Virus record (IMG/VR): IMGVR_UViG_3300037484_000445
Coordinates: 259,863-323,862 of that record
From: a virus
Taxonomy: Duplodnaviria > Heunggongvirae > Uroviricota > Caudoviricetes
Direction: 5' to 3' (one strand)
Length of the DNA: 64,000 nt
Part shown: positions 28,796-38,069 of the stretch, piece after piece
Layout: every line of letters begins with the position of its first letter
Numbering within the stretch: the stretch's first letter is position 1
Translations under genes and position numbers: made by a program
The notes under the pieces: generated by a model
Seen by the model: the letters and a program-made list of their open reading frames with translations, nothing else
Told to the model about the DNA's origin: nothing
Databases searched by the model: none

Positions 28796-29175
28796 ATCTT
28801 CTTACGATATTGCAAGCCATTTCTTCTGAGGGCTACCTCCATCTTTGGCTTCCTCTTACTCAAGGTTTCGGCAAACTCGTCGGGAGAACACTCTGGTAAG
28901 GGCTTCTTCAAAGGGTAAACACGCTCCTCGATTGCTCGACTCATTTGCCTTTGAAGGGCTTCCTGGTTCTGCCGGGCTTTTCTCGCCAAAGAAGCCCCAG
29001 GCAACTCCTCTGGGCAGTTGCAGCGCCCCTTTCCACATTGAGGGCACTTCTGACACCCGCCCTTACATCCTACGGATCCGCAGTGCTCACAAAAATCATA
29101 CCTCCTGCACTCACCGTGGCATTCCATCGAGCCACAGAGGTCGCAGTAGATGACGACTTCCTCTTCGTCTTCCAT
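28792..29175 (-). CDS. Cys-rich Zn-ribbon protein
   Basis: CDLCGS..CHGEC..CEHCGS..CKGGCQKCPQCGKGRCNC. Confidence 0.5.
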   Translation of the reverse strand: MEDEEEVVIYCDLCGSMECHGECRRYDFCEHCGSVGCKGGCQKCPQCGKGRCNCPEELPGASLARKARQNQEALQRQMSRAIEERVYPLKKPLPECSPDEFAETLSKRKPKMEVALRRNGLQYRKKI

Positions 29176-29654
29176 TAGATGGTTCCATCGAGAACGGCTC
29201 GCATGGTCTTGACAGCTCGCACAAAGCAGTTGTCGATGGGCTGAGCTAGGGAACTGGGAAGCATCAGATTGTCCTCTAGGCCGAAATTCTCAATGAGCAA
29301 CCCGTCCTCAAGACCCAAAATCCGAACCTTTTCGGCATAGAGATGCTTGTCCGCGGAATAGGCCACCACAGGCTTTCCAAGGCCGTAAGCAAAGCCGATC
29401 TCCCAGGCTGTCCCCACATCGGTCGAGGGCCCCCGAAAGGGCGTCATATTGGCAATTACGCCCTTTGCTTGGCGTATGAGGGCCACATTGGCTTCAAAGA
29501 TGGCCTTGGGGTCGGCCTTGGGTCCCAGCTCGACGTCCAAGGGAAACAAGCCCTTCAAGCCATTCTTGGCACAGATTTGCTTGAGCTCCTCACCAATCTC
29601 CTTTGCGTCTGAAGCAAACACTTCAGGACCCGCCAAATAGACTTCGTAAATCAT
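29175..29654 (-). CDS. nucleoside 2-deoxyribosyltransferase-like protein
   Basis: YLAGPEVF .. STDVGTAWEIGFAYGLGKPVVAY matches the PF05014 catalytic-Glu region. Confidence 0.7.
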   Translation of the reverse strand: MIYEVYLAGPEVFASDAKEIGEELKQICAKNGLKGLFPLDVELGPKADPKAIFEANVALIRQAKGVIANMTPFRGPSTDVGTAWEIGFAYGLGKPVVAYSADKHLYAEKVRILGLEDGLLIENFGLEDNLMLPSSLAQPIDNCFVRAVKTMRAVLDGTI

Positions 29655-29683
29655 GAGCACACAATACACCATTGGTGTAGGGT

Positions 29684-30550
29684 TTGAGCATGCTAGAAGA
29701 GAATGGAACTATTACACTTGACGCGAAGTTGGTTCTGAAAGGGATCACAGGGGAGTCGGATGAAATAAAGGCCTTGACGGTCTTGTGCCATCCTGTTGCA
29801 CCTCCTCCAATTGCTGAACTCTGTCCAGAATGGGCTTCAAAGGGCGTCGTTGACCCACCCAAAACCCTCACAGATGAAGAGAGGGCCTCGTTCAAAGATA
29901 GCTTAGGGCGAGAGCTTGAGGCTCAAGGGGGTGTCGTAGTTCCTAATGAGGGTGTTATCCTAACTGGTACAGTTTCGGGACCCTACAAGGAATCAATATG
30001 TGGGACTTCCTTCGTTCGAAGGGCTTCTCGAGAAAGAGACCTCTCAAAGTTGGATTTTGGCTGGCTACCTTTGGAAGAATACGCGGAGTTTCGAGGCCGC
30101 CAGTACACGGCAGATGGCAAAACCTTAAGGACTGAACGAGCTGAGCCTAGGGTCCTTGACACAGCAACATTCGTGTCGGCTCTCGTGCAATTACGAGACA
30201 GGGTTCCAGGTCATCTGGAACTGCTGATTTTCAGCGACCCAGTCGTCAAAGCTTCAGACGAAACGACCACAATCAAAGTCGTTTTCGTCTTTACTCGTGA
30301 GATGCACGAGACAGCCTTGAATCGACCACAGTGGCTGGTTGAGATCCTCGACCAAGAGTTCCACAAGGTGGCCCGCACCTTTAAGACACCCCAAAAGCTT
30401 GACATGAACATAAGCCACCGCCTAACAAAAGACGGTGGCTGGCAAGCCATAAGGAAAGTGGAGGAAGTCGTCGATGAAGGTGATGGAGAGGACCCCATCA
30501 TAACCAGCACCGAAGAAAAAGTGGGTGAGCCCTTTCAAACTCCACGTTAG
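29684..30550 (+). CDS. hypothetical protein (288 aa)
   Basis: ORF. Confidence 0.55.
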   Translation: MSMLEENGTITLDAKLVLKGITGESDEIKALTVLCHPVAPPPIAELCPEWASKGVVDPPKTLTDEERASFKDSLGRELEAQGGVVVPNEGVILTGTVSGPYKESICGTSFVRRASRERDLSKLDFGWLPLEEYAEFRGRQYTADGKTLRTERAEPRVLDTATFVSALVQLRDRVPGHLELLIFSDPVVKASDETTTIKVVFVFTREMHETALNRPQWLVEILDQEFHKVARTFKTPQKLDMNISHRLTKDGGWQAIRKVEEVVDEGDGEDPIITSTEEKVGEPFQTPR

Positions 30551-31116
30551 GGACTCTCTAGAAGCTTGATCGTGTTCTTGAAGATGGCCACCAGGTCATC
30601 GCTCATGTTGAAGCGCTTCTGGTTGATCTCGATGCTCCGGTTGATGTCACCGTCAGCGTGTCGCTTGGTAGAAGCCATCCAATCACAAAAGAGCTCAAGG
30701 ATATCGACTAGGTTCATACCCCTAATACCTGAATCGAAGTGCTCCGGATGATGGCGGCTGCACTTGTAATGATGCTCCAAAGCTGGCGCGATCTCGGCTA
30801 GATACCGCTTGTATTCATCGCTGCCGTAGGTACAGGTCTTGAGCTTGGGGGTATACTCCGTGAAGGCATCGACCTCTTCAGGGCTCATCTTCGACAGATC
30901 GTGGGTTTCTCCTCGTTTTAGGAGTTCTACCGCTATTACCCGGAGGAACACTCGAACAAGATTGATGTGCTCTTGAGTAGCGGCGTTGGTTTGAAGGACT
31001 TCGTAAGATAGATTCATTTGGATAGTAGTGTTGGGCCAAATAGACGTGGAAGTTGGTAGTCCGGACTGGTCGGCTACTCGTGCGTCTACTAGTTTGGGTA
31101 TATTGAGCACATACAC
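30547..31116 (-). CDS. HD-domain phosphohydrolase
   Basis: H..HD (..RGETHDLSK) and downstream His/Asp residues; GTG start overlapping the half-motif CGGTGTAT. Confidence 0.5.
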   Translation of the reverse strand: MYVLNIPKLVDARVADQSGLPTSTSIWPNTTIQMNLSYEVLQTNAATQEHINLVRVFLRVIAVELLKRGETHDLSKMSPEEVDAFTEYTPKLKTCTYGSDEYKRYLAEIAPALEHHYKCSRHHPEHFDSGIRGMNLVDILELFCDWMASTKRHADGDINRSIEINQKRFNMSDDLVAIFKNTIKLLESP

Positions 31117-31149
31117 CGATTCTGTGAGCTGCCGGTGTATACATCCCCC

Positions 31150-31431
31150 ATGATTCTTGAGCGTGCTCTATTCCTGTTGGCATTAGGGGTCGGCATCTGG
31201 CTAGGGGTTCGATATCTCGTGACCCCGTTGTTGAGTTGGACATTTGCGCCAACCATTCGCATCATTGAAGCCAAACAGCGACGTAGAGTGGCCGAAGCTG
31301 AGTTACGTGCCGCGGAAGAGGAAGCAAAAACTTTTCGAGTGGAGACTCAGACGGAGCAAGTGCTCACAGAAACTATCGACGAGCTGACTCAACCCGGCTC
31401 ACACAAGAAAGGGAACTATGAAGATCGTTAG
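31150..31431 (+). CDS. small membrane protein
   Basis: ATG preceded by CGGTGTATACATCCCCC; transmembrane segment. Confidence 0.45.
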   Translation: MILERALFLLALGVGIWLGVRYLVTPLLSWTFAPTIRIIEAKQRRRVAEAELRAAEEEAKTFRVETQTEQVLTETIDELTQPGSHKKGNYEDR

Positions 31432-32617
31432 AATCGTAGGTATCGTAATAGCCGTTGCTCTGACAATACTCTTCGGGGCCGAAACTTTCACGACGGTAGC
31501 GGCTGACGAAATCGTCGTTAAACAAGGGTTCTTCACGGGGGCTCTCACCGTTTGGACCGATCCAGGGCCCAAGTTCCAGAATTTTGGAACTCTTACACGG
31601 TACAAGAAGTCGTCTCAATACTCGTTTTCAGCGGTAAAAGATCAAGGTAAGGAAAAAGACGAATCCATCAAGGCCCGCTTCAACGACGGTGGCCACGGTA
31701 ATATCTCGGGCACACTTCAGGTTGATCTACCTCTTGACGCCAAAAACATGTCCGAACTTCACATGAAGTTTCACAGCCAAGAGGCTATCGAACAACGCTT
31801 GGTTCGTACGGCCGTCGAGCGAGCCATTTATATGTCGGGTCCTCTCATGTCTTCCAAGGAGAGCGCCGCCGAACGTCGTTCGGATCTCTTGAAGTTTATC
31901 GAAGACCAAGTTCGATTCGGGGTTTACCAAACCTTAACCAAGAGCGAAAAGGTCCAGGATGAGGTTTCAGGCAAAGAGAAGACTGTTGCCCGAGTTGAGT
32001 TGATCCCAGACGGTAAGGGTGGATTTGCACGTCAAGAGGCTTCATCCCTTCAGCAGTACGGAATTCGAACCTATAGCTACAACATCAATGGCATCAAGTA
32101 TGAGGATTTGGTTGAGGCCCAGATCGCGGAACAACAGAAGCTGGCCATGAAGATCCAGACGGCTATGGCTCAATCGAAGGAAGCCGAGCAACGAGCGATC
32201 ACGGCAGCCAAAGAGGGTGAGGCTTCCGCGGCTAAGGCTAAGGCCGACCAAGAGGTGTTGAAAGCGACTGAAGTCACCAAGGCCGAGCAGGAAAAGGCCG
32301 TAGCTCTGACCAACGCCCAACGTGAGAAGGAAGTGGCCCAGCTCGCACTAGAGACAGCCGAGCTCAAGAAGAAGGAACAAATCCTCTTAGGTGAAGGTGA
32401 AGCGTCACGTGCTCGGGCTATGATGCAAGCTACAGGGTTCTTGCCTGAGCGCTTGGAGGCTTGGACAAAGGTTGCCTTGGTCTATGCCGAGCAGTCCGGC
32501 AAGCAGCGCCAAACTCCGGACGTCGTAATGGGTGGCGGCGGGAACAAGCCCGACCTATCCGACATCATGCAGATGAGCCTTGCTCGTCAGCTAGGTCTTG
32601 GGTCTCTAGGAAAATAG
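31418..32617 (+). CDS. SPFH/flotillin-like membrane protein with Ala/Glu/Lys-rich coiled coil
   Basis: N-terminal TM, globular domain, then a long AEQ/KAE coiled coil as in YqiK/flotillin. Confidence 0.45.
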   Translation: MKIVRIVGIVIAVALTILFGAETFTTVAADEIVVKQGFFTGALTVWTDPGPKFQNFGTLTRYKKSSQYSFSAVKDQGKEKDESIKARFNDGGHGNISGTLQVDLPLDAKNMSELHMKFHSQEAIEQRLVRTAVERAIYMSGPLMSSKESAAERRSDLLKFIEDQVRFGVYQTLTKSEKVQDEVSGKEKTVARVELIPDGKGGFARQEASSLQQYGIRTYSYNINGIKYEDLVEAQIAEQQKLAMKIQTAMAQSKEAEQRAITAAKEGEASAAKAKADQEVLKATEVTKAEQEKAVALTNAQREKEVAQLALETAELKKKEQILLGEGEASRARAMMQATGFLPERLEAWTKVALVYAEQSGKQRQTPDVVMGGGGNKPDLSDIMQMSLARQLGLGSLGK

Positions 32618-32950
32618 CCCCAATAACCAACGGATGAAGGAGGGGGTTGTAGATCGGCCTCCTCCTTCATCATTTTGTCGACGCCTAAGCCAAATTTTCC
32701 TAGAAGGGAGTGTAGCCCAACACCTAGGTCTATCCGCGTCTTTTAGGTCAGTCTCAAGGCCACAACCAGGACACGTAATGGTTGGGTAGTAAAAGTCCTC
32801 AGTATCCCCACAATGATCGGTCAAGTAGAGGTCTTCGACTCGAACCAAAAGAATGGCACCACAACCACCATTCGTCTCGTGCCCCCAACCAGTGCATTCG
32901 ATCTCTAAAGACCAATCTTTCGGATCATGTCCAGGTTTCAAAATGTCCAT
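32606..32950 (-). CDS. Cys-rich small protein, paralog family B
   Basis: CTGWGHETNGGCGAILLV..CPGCGLETDL is shared with the next gene. Confidence 0.5.
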   Translation of the reverse strand: MDILKPGHDPKDWSLEIECTGWGHETNGGCGAILLVRVEDLYLTDHCGDTEDFYYPTITCPGCGLETDLKDADRPRCWATLPSRKIWLRRRQNDEGGGRSTTPSFIRWLLGLFS

Positions 32951-32953
32951 GGG

Positions 32954-33301
32954 TTACTCAACAGGGGGCGTTACGAGTTGAACTCTTCGAGCTTTCGCCT
33001 TCTTACGCTTCTTCAACCACTGCTCTTTGCTCGGAATGTCCCTGTTCAGGCTGGGTTCCTCCTTCTTACTCAGGTCCGTCTCAACTCCACACGCACAACA
33101 TTTGAACGTGATGTAGCGATCGGTCTCACCCATACAGGAGCTTTCGGTACGGTACAGGTCACCCTCTTCGACAAGAAGAACAGCGCCACAGCCGCCACCA
33201 CCATTACCGTTGCCGGTACATTTGAATTGCTTGGACCAACCTTTTTGTTCTCGACCTGGCTTAACGACTTTCATATCCTTCGTCCTCTTGGTGCTTGACA
33301 A
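32954..33301 (-). CDS. Cys-rich small protein, paralog family B
   Basis: CTGNGNGGGGCGAVLLV..CCACGVETDL. Confidence 0.5.
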   Translation of the reverse strand: MSSTKRTKDMKVVKPGREQKGWSKQFKCTGNGNGGGGCGAVLLVEEGDLYRTESSCMGETDRYITFKCCACGVETDLSKKEEPSLNRDIPSKEQWLKKRKKAKARRVQLVTPPVE

Positions 33302-34562
33302 CGCTCTCAGCTATTACACCGAGAGCTCGGGTGAAGTCTCGATGTAATGGCCATTCTCCGAACTGAGGGCCTATGGGACCGGCGGGGTGCCACTGATACC
33401 GCAGAAGATTCAGCATGCGTTGAACATGGAGGGTTTCGCTCACAGTATCGAGGAAGTCCGTGAGTTCAGACTCTGTTAGGTTCTTTTCGAGCATGAGACC
33501 GAAGTGCGTCCCAAGACTGTAAACAAGCTTGTCCCTAAGGATCAAAGCCACAGGGTTTGTGTCGACTTCTCCCTTGAGCACCCACAACTCCCCCTGAGGG
33601 AGAGTCGAAGACGCTTGTTTGGCCTTTAGTCGCTTTTCCCAGTGCTCTCGAACCAAACTCTTGAACCCATCACAATCCGAGGGAACCTTGTCATTCCAAG
33701 ATTTGTGGCTCAGGTTGCAGAGCGCCTGCCAAACATCCTCACGGATCATGGCTTGAGCTACTCTCAAATCCTCACGCCTAATCTCTGGTTGGTCTCTGAA
33801 ATACGAGCTGTAGGCATCTTTCAGATTCAAGGGCTTTGGGGCTACGGACATTTCGGCAGAATCAGCATACGCCCCGGTTCCAATCGTAATCATGGTGGCA
33901 AACCGGTCGGACAGCAGGGTTTGGACCTTAACCAATATTTCAGCATGATCCTCCCCATAGCTGCACCACCGCACTCGAACAAACCGATTGCTTTCGTAAA
34001 GGCTCACCAAGTACCCTGGGGTGTGGTTCCCATCGGAAAGGGGCATTCCCGCGTCCAGGATGGCCTTCCTAACGCGGTTCACGGTGGGGATGCCCGGATG
34101 TAGCACCTCCTCGGAGCGTGCTAGCAGCCCCGCCAAAGCGACCCGATCCACCACAACCTCACTAACCCTCAAGAAGTCTAGGTTCTTGAGCATCTCAGCG
34201 TTCATTCTATCGTGGACTTGGACTCTTTCCTCCCAAAGAGCCGTGAGAATTCGCTCGAAGTCCATGTTCTTGCGAACAGCGACATCGTGGCAAGTGTTAT
34301 CTCCGGGACCAGTCTCGACGAGGTCCTTCTGTAGGCCCTCAAGCCAGATGTCCTGAGCGGGACCCTCTTGTAGCTTGTCTACACTCCCGTAATCATTGTA
34401 GAACCCTCGAAGAGGGAACGTTCGCTGGACCCAAAGGCTATCCAAGTCTCTAACCCTTCTTTCATCGCTAGGAACTTGTTTGGTCAGCAAAAGGTAACGG
34501 ATAGGATCCCCAGACTCGATAGGAAGGCCGGAGATGCAACAGGTGAAGGCAAAAGAACCCAT
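33261..34562 (-). CDS. hypothetical protein (about 433 aa, start moved to ATG)
   Basis: The ATG at 34562 is preceded by TCGGTGTATATACAAGGC. Confidence 0.55.
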   Translation of the reverse strand: MGSFAFTCCISGLPIESGDPIRYLLLTKQVPSDERRVRDLDSLWVQRTFPLRGFYNDYGSVDKLQEGPAQDIWLEGLQKDLVETGPGDNTCHDVAVRKNMDFERILTALWEERVQVHDRMNAEMLKNLDFLRVSEVVVDRVALAGLLARSEEVLHPGIPTVNRVRKAILDAGMPLSDGNHTPGYLVSLYESNRFVRVRWCSYGEDHAEILVKVQTLLSDRFATMITIGTGAYADSAEMSVAPKPLNLKDAYSSYFRDQPEIRREDLRVAQAMIREDVWQALCNLSHKSWNDKVPSDCDGFKSLVREHWEKRLKAKQASSTLPQGELWVLKGEVDTNPVALILRDKLVYSLGTHFGLMLEKNLTESELTDFLDTVSETLHVQRMLNLLRYQWHPAGPIGPQFGEWPLHRDFTRALGVIAESVVKHQEDEGYESR

Positions 34563-34580
34563 GCCTTGTATATACACCGA

Positions 34581-34907
34581 CTAGGCGACTTTGCCCAAAA
34601 TTCTTGCGTCGAACAGAAGTCGGTGAACTCCGTCCTCACTACTCGGCCGGAGACTGGCACTAGTAGCCCAGCTCTCAATGAGGAGCTCATAGACAGAGAA
34701 TTCCAATGGATTCCACTGCGTGTAGGCTTTGAAGTCCGGTCCATGCAGGAAGCTTTGCGCTTCTTCTAGGGATCGCCAGATCCAACCGCCCTCATAACCC
34801 TCGGGGAATTCCTTGCAAGGAGATCTGGAACCAAGTTTTTGAGGGTTATCCTCGGCCAAATACTTGTCGTAGGACGTCGTACGGCCCAAGGTAAAAGCTT
34901 TTTCCAT
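34581..34907 (-). CDS. hypothetical protein
   Basis: ORF. Confidence 0.45.
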   Translation of the reverse strand: MEKAFTLGRTTSYDKYLAEDNPQKLGSRSPCKEFPEGYEGGWIWRSLEEAQSFLHGPDFKAYTQWNPLEFSVYELLIESWATSASLRPSSEDGVHRLLFDARILGKVA

Positions 34908-34908
34908 G

Positions 34909-35169
34909 CTAGCCGTCTAATCCAGTCCTCGGAGGGAGCCTCCAATTTGAGCCGTCCTCCCCTTCGAGTAGCGTACCCTGTATGGCCAAAGCCCGTATAA
35001 CCCCATCTTCTGTGGCTAGGGGCTCGTCCAGTAGTACGATGTACCTGTAAACGACGTGGAACTCTGCTATGCCAATGACCGTCCCCTTACGAGAGGTTCC
35101 TATGGACGCCGGTACAACAACGCGGGTTTCCATAGGGATTGGCCGGTGCAAAACGGGTCCTGACTTCAC
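34909..35169 (-). CDS. hypothetical protein
   Basis: GTG start preceded by GGTGGTGTATAGGGAGTC. Confidence 0.4.
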   Translation of the reverse strand: MKSGPVLHRPIPMETRVVVPASIGTSRKGTVIGIAEFHVVYRYIVLLDEPLATEDGVIRALAIQGTLLEGEDGSNWRLPPRTGLDG

Positions 35170-35223
35170 GACTCCCTATACACCACCCCTTAATTTGGGT
35201 AAAGGTCTCACCGTATTGCAACC

Positions 35224-35931
35224 ATGGAAACTGCTTCCAAAAAGTACCCCCGGTCGCCCCACCTACCGTGGTCCCCCGGCGGTACCTCGGATGATCGGCG
35301 AATGCTCGACGTCTCGAGTCTTCTTGGGAAGGCGATCGTTTTCACCGAGAAATGTGATGGTAGCAACCTGACTTATACCCGAGACGCCATCTTTGCTCGA
35401 TCGCATAATGGGCCACCAACTCACGATAGCTTTGATCTGGCCAAGGCAACCCACGCCCATCTCAAGTACAAGATCCCCGCAGGGCTCTCAATCTTCTGCG
35501 AATATTGCTACGCCATCCATTCAATTGAATATGTAGCACTCCCGAGCTACTCTCTCGTATTTGGCGTCCGGGACGATAGCACCCGAGAGTGGTGGGGTTG
35601 GGAAATGGTCGAAGCCATGGCCCAAGATTTGGGACTTCCCACCGTCCCTGAGATCTGCCGCGGCGTTCTTCACACGGAAGCAGATCTTAGGGAAGTGTCC
35701 GAGGCATTTGCTCTACGACCCTCGGATTTTGGTGGAACCCGTGAAGGAGTTGTAGTCCGAGTGCTTGACGGCTTCCGTGATGAGGACTTCGATCAGAGTT
35801 TGGCTAAATGGGTCCGCAAAGGTCATGTCCAAACGGATGAGCATTGGACCAAGATGGTCATCAGACCCCAAAGGCTCAGTACTTCGGCTCGGGCAGTGTC
35901 CTGCAATACGCTAGAATTTCTAGCCAATTGA
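35224..35931 (+). CDS. ATP-dependent RNA ligase, Rnl2/DRB0094-like nucleotidyltransferase domain
   Basis: Motif I TEKCDGSN (KxDGxN), motif IV EGVVVR, motif V KWVRK. Confidence 0.6.
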   Translation: METASKKYPRSPHLPWSPGGTSDDRRMLDVSSLLGKAIVFTEKCDGSNLTYTRDAIFARSHNGPPTHDSFDLAKATHAHLKYKIPAGLSIFCEYCYAIHSIEYVALPSYSLVFGVRDDSTREWWGWEMVEAMAQDLGLPTVPEICRGVLHTEADLREVSEAFALRPSDFGGTREGVVVRVLDGFRDEDFDQSLAKWVRKGHVQTDEHWTKMVIRPQRLSTSARAVSCNTLEFLAN

Positions 35932-36322
35932 TGGGACGCAACGGGTAGTTACGATCGTCGATGAAAAGGTCTGCTGACACCTTCCCCTGTCCACCATCGT
36001 CAATGAAAGCGAATACGTTGGGGAGGTTATCCTCGACGAATTGAAGCATTTGGGCATAGCGCCGTTGGTTCACCATGTTGTCCACCCAAACAGGCCCCCC
36101 CTCTGTCTTCCACAGAGGGTTCAACTTGAAGTCAAACCGCCCGGCGCGGTTAGCTCGTCCGCTGTAAAGGATGAGATCGTGGCCCCAAGCCTTTAGCTGT
36201 AAGAGCGCTTCTTTGGCGTTTGGTAGGAACTCTAGTGGTGTGGTGACGTCGTCGTACGTCTTCCGGTTCCCGTTGATGCCGCCAACTACGATGGTGTCGT
36301 CAAAGTCTATGGCTATTCTCAC
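35876..36322 (-). CDS. HAD-superfamily phosphatase (DxDxT)
   Basis: IAIDFDDTIV at the N-terminus; size similar to Pnkp-type 3'-phosphatase domains. Confidence 0.5.
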   Translation of the reverse strand: MRIAIDFDDTIVVGGINGNRKTYDDVTTPLEFLPNAKEALLQLKAWGHDLILYSGRANRAGRFDFKLNPLWKTEGGPVWVDNMVNQRRYAQMLQFVEDNLPNVFAFIDDGGQGKVSADLFIDDRNYPLRPINWLEILAYCRTLPEPKY

Positions 36323-36346
36323 AGTGTTGGTCCTTTGCCCCTGTTG

Positions 36347-36841
36347 TTACACCAAAGGAACACCGTCGTCTATCAATCGAACGTTAGAATATCGAGGATC
36401 ACCTGTTACTTCAGGCCCTAACCATGGAGGTATTTCCACAGTGGCGAACTGTGATTCTATCTCTACTTCGGCCATTCGAAACCCGTCCAGGCTTCCCTGA
36501 AAATCATCGAGAGCCCATACGCGGCCCTCGTAAGAAAACTGGTGCCTGACCTTGATGATGGTCTTCGGGCACATCTTGATGAGTTGCTCGCCGTCGCCCC
36601 TGGGGATCTCGTATTCAAACTCATCCCGGACTAGCGTGCCGGGACCCTTGATGGTCAAGTAGGCAAGATGTCTCCCCCTAAGTCGTACCCTAACAAGAGG
36701 GTCCTTACTGAGAAACCCTTGAACTATGCGTGTCCCACCCTCCAGGATGGTGTTCGTGGGGATGTCAGAGCGAAGTAGGAACTTACGTTCGATCTCTTTG
36801 GCCATTCCTCTGGTAACACCACAGGAATGGATACCACCCAC
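36347..36841 (-). CDS. CYTH-domain triphosphate tunnel metalloenzyme
   Basis: EIERKFLL signature (ExExK) and conserved downstream Arg/Glu residues. Confidence 0.7.
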   Translation of the reverse strand: MGGIHSCGVTRGMAKEIERKFLLRSDIPTNTILEGGTRIVQGFLSKDPLVRVRLRGRHLAYLTIKGPGTLVRDEFEYEIPRGDGEQLIKMCPKTIIKVRHQFSYEGRVWALDDFQGSLDGFRMAEVEIESQFATVEIPPWLGPEVTGDPRYSNVRLIDDGVPLV

Positions 36842-36869
36842 ACCTCTCGGGGTATTTGTCAGAAATCGT

Positions 36870-37469
36870 CTATTCTTGGACTCTAGATTGCAGGGGTTGA
36901 GATGCCCACCGCTGTGTCCAGCTCCGTTCGAAATTCTTGAGTTGTTCTAGGCCCCTTCTAGCTAAACGATCCAAGTCCAACAAGGAAACATCAAGCTTGG
37001 ATACGACGTAGCCATGCAAGTCATTAGAGGCGATTTGGAACGAGAGATAGTAGGCGTTCTCGCCCGTAGGGAGCTTGTGGCTTATCACCACATAGGACGT
37101 GCTATTGGCGTTACTAAGAGCCCTGAGAGTTAGTGCAGGCTCAACGCTGACCAAAGCAAGAGCGTTGTGCAAAAGCTCCATCGGGTTACCTTCTTGAGAA
37201 AGAGCCTCCAACTCTTTGAGCACACGGCGGTCCTCTTCCGGAAGGAGCGCTGAAAACTCCTTCAGCTTGAAAGCTGTCCCTATAACGTCATTGACGAATA
37301 GGACAGCGTACTTGCCCAGGGCTAGGGTAACAATACCGTCAGACTCCTCGAGAAAAATCCTAGGGTATGTGCTAGCGAGTACGTGAGCTTTTTCAATCAA
37401 AGTCGACAAGAGGGACTCCTGGGTTTGGTGGAGGCATGGTAGCCGAACGAATCGCGGAGCCGTAGGCAA
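36870..37469 (-). CDS. hypothetical protein
   Basis: ORF. Confidence 0.5.
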   Translation of the reverse strand: MPTAPRFVRLPCLHQTQESLLSTLIEKAHVLASTYPRIFLEESDGIVTLALGKYAVLFVNDVIGTAFKLKEFSALLPEEDRRVLKELEALSQEGNPMELLHNALALVSVEPALTLRALSNANSTSYVVISHKLPTGENAYYLSFQIASNDLHGYVVSKLDVSLLDLDRLARRGLEQLKNFERSWTQRWASQPLQSRVQE

Positions 37470-38028
37470 CCGAACGTGGCGTGTGTGACTGAAGTAGGCA
37501 CAGAGACGCGAAATTCAGTAAAGCGGCGTAGGGTTCTACGACCTCAGCCGGCAAGGGCTTGGATGCGCTGTTCAAGATGTAGCGCCCGTCCAAATCCCAA
37601 GCCTCGAAAACAGCTTCGACGACGTTATTGAAATGCAGCTCGATCGTAACCATCTCCCTTGAAGAAGACATACCGGAGATCGTCAAGTGCTCGGGGTGGG
37701 TATCCACCAGATTTAAAGCCCTCCTAATCAAGTTAGGCTCTAGCTTGGGCCCACTCACATCGTACTTGAAAAGGGCCATTTCACGGACAATCCTACGCAA
37801 GTTCTCTGGAATGCCGTTGGGATAAGTGGCCCAAAAACTGAATTCAACCTCAACTCCGGTAATAACCAGGGAAATCAAAGAGACTGACTTCTCATCACTG
37901 AGGTCCAAACGCCAGTAGTTGTCACGAGTTTCCAAGATCAACAAAGAGGACTTTGGCGCGATCCCTCTGGCCTTGTCGACCAGGTAGTCGTGGTTCCTAA
38001 CAGGTTGCTCAGCTACTTCGGATGTCAT
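37393..38028 (-). CDS. hypothetical protein
   Basis: ORF. Confidence 0.5.
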   Translation of the reverse strand: MTSEVAEQPVRNHDYLVDKARGIAPKSSLLILETRDNYWRLDLSDEKSVSLISLVITGVEVEFSFWATYPNGIPENLRRIVREMALFKYDVSGPKLEPNLIRRALNLVDTHPEHLTISGMSSSREMVTIELHFNNVVEAVFEAWDLDGRYILNSASKPLPAEVVEPYAALLNFASLCLLQSHTPRSVAYGSAIRSATMPPPNPGVPLVDFD

Positions 38029-38069
38029 GAGGTCCTTAACTTACACCGGGGATGGTGTATATACCCTAG

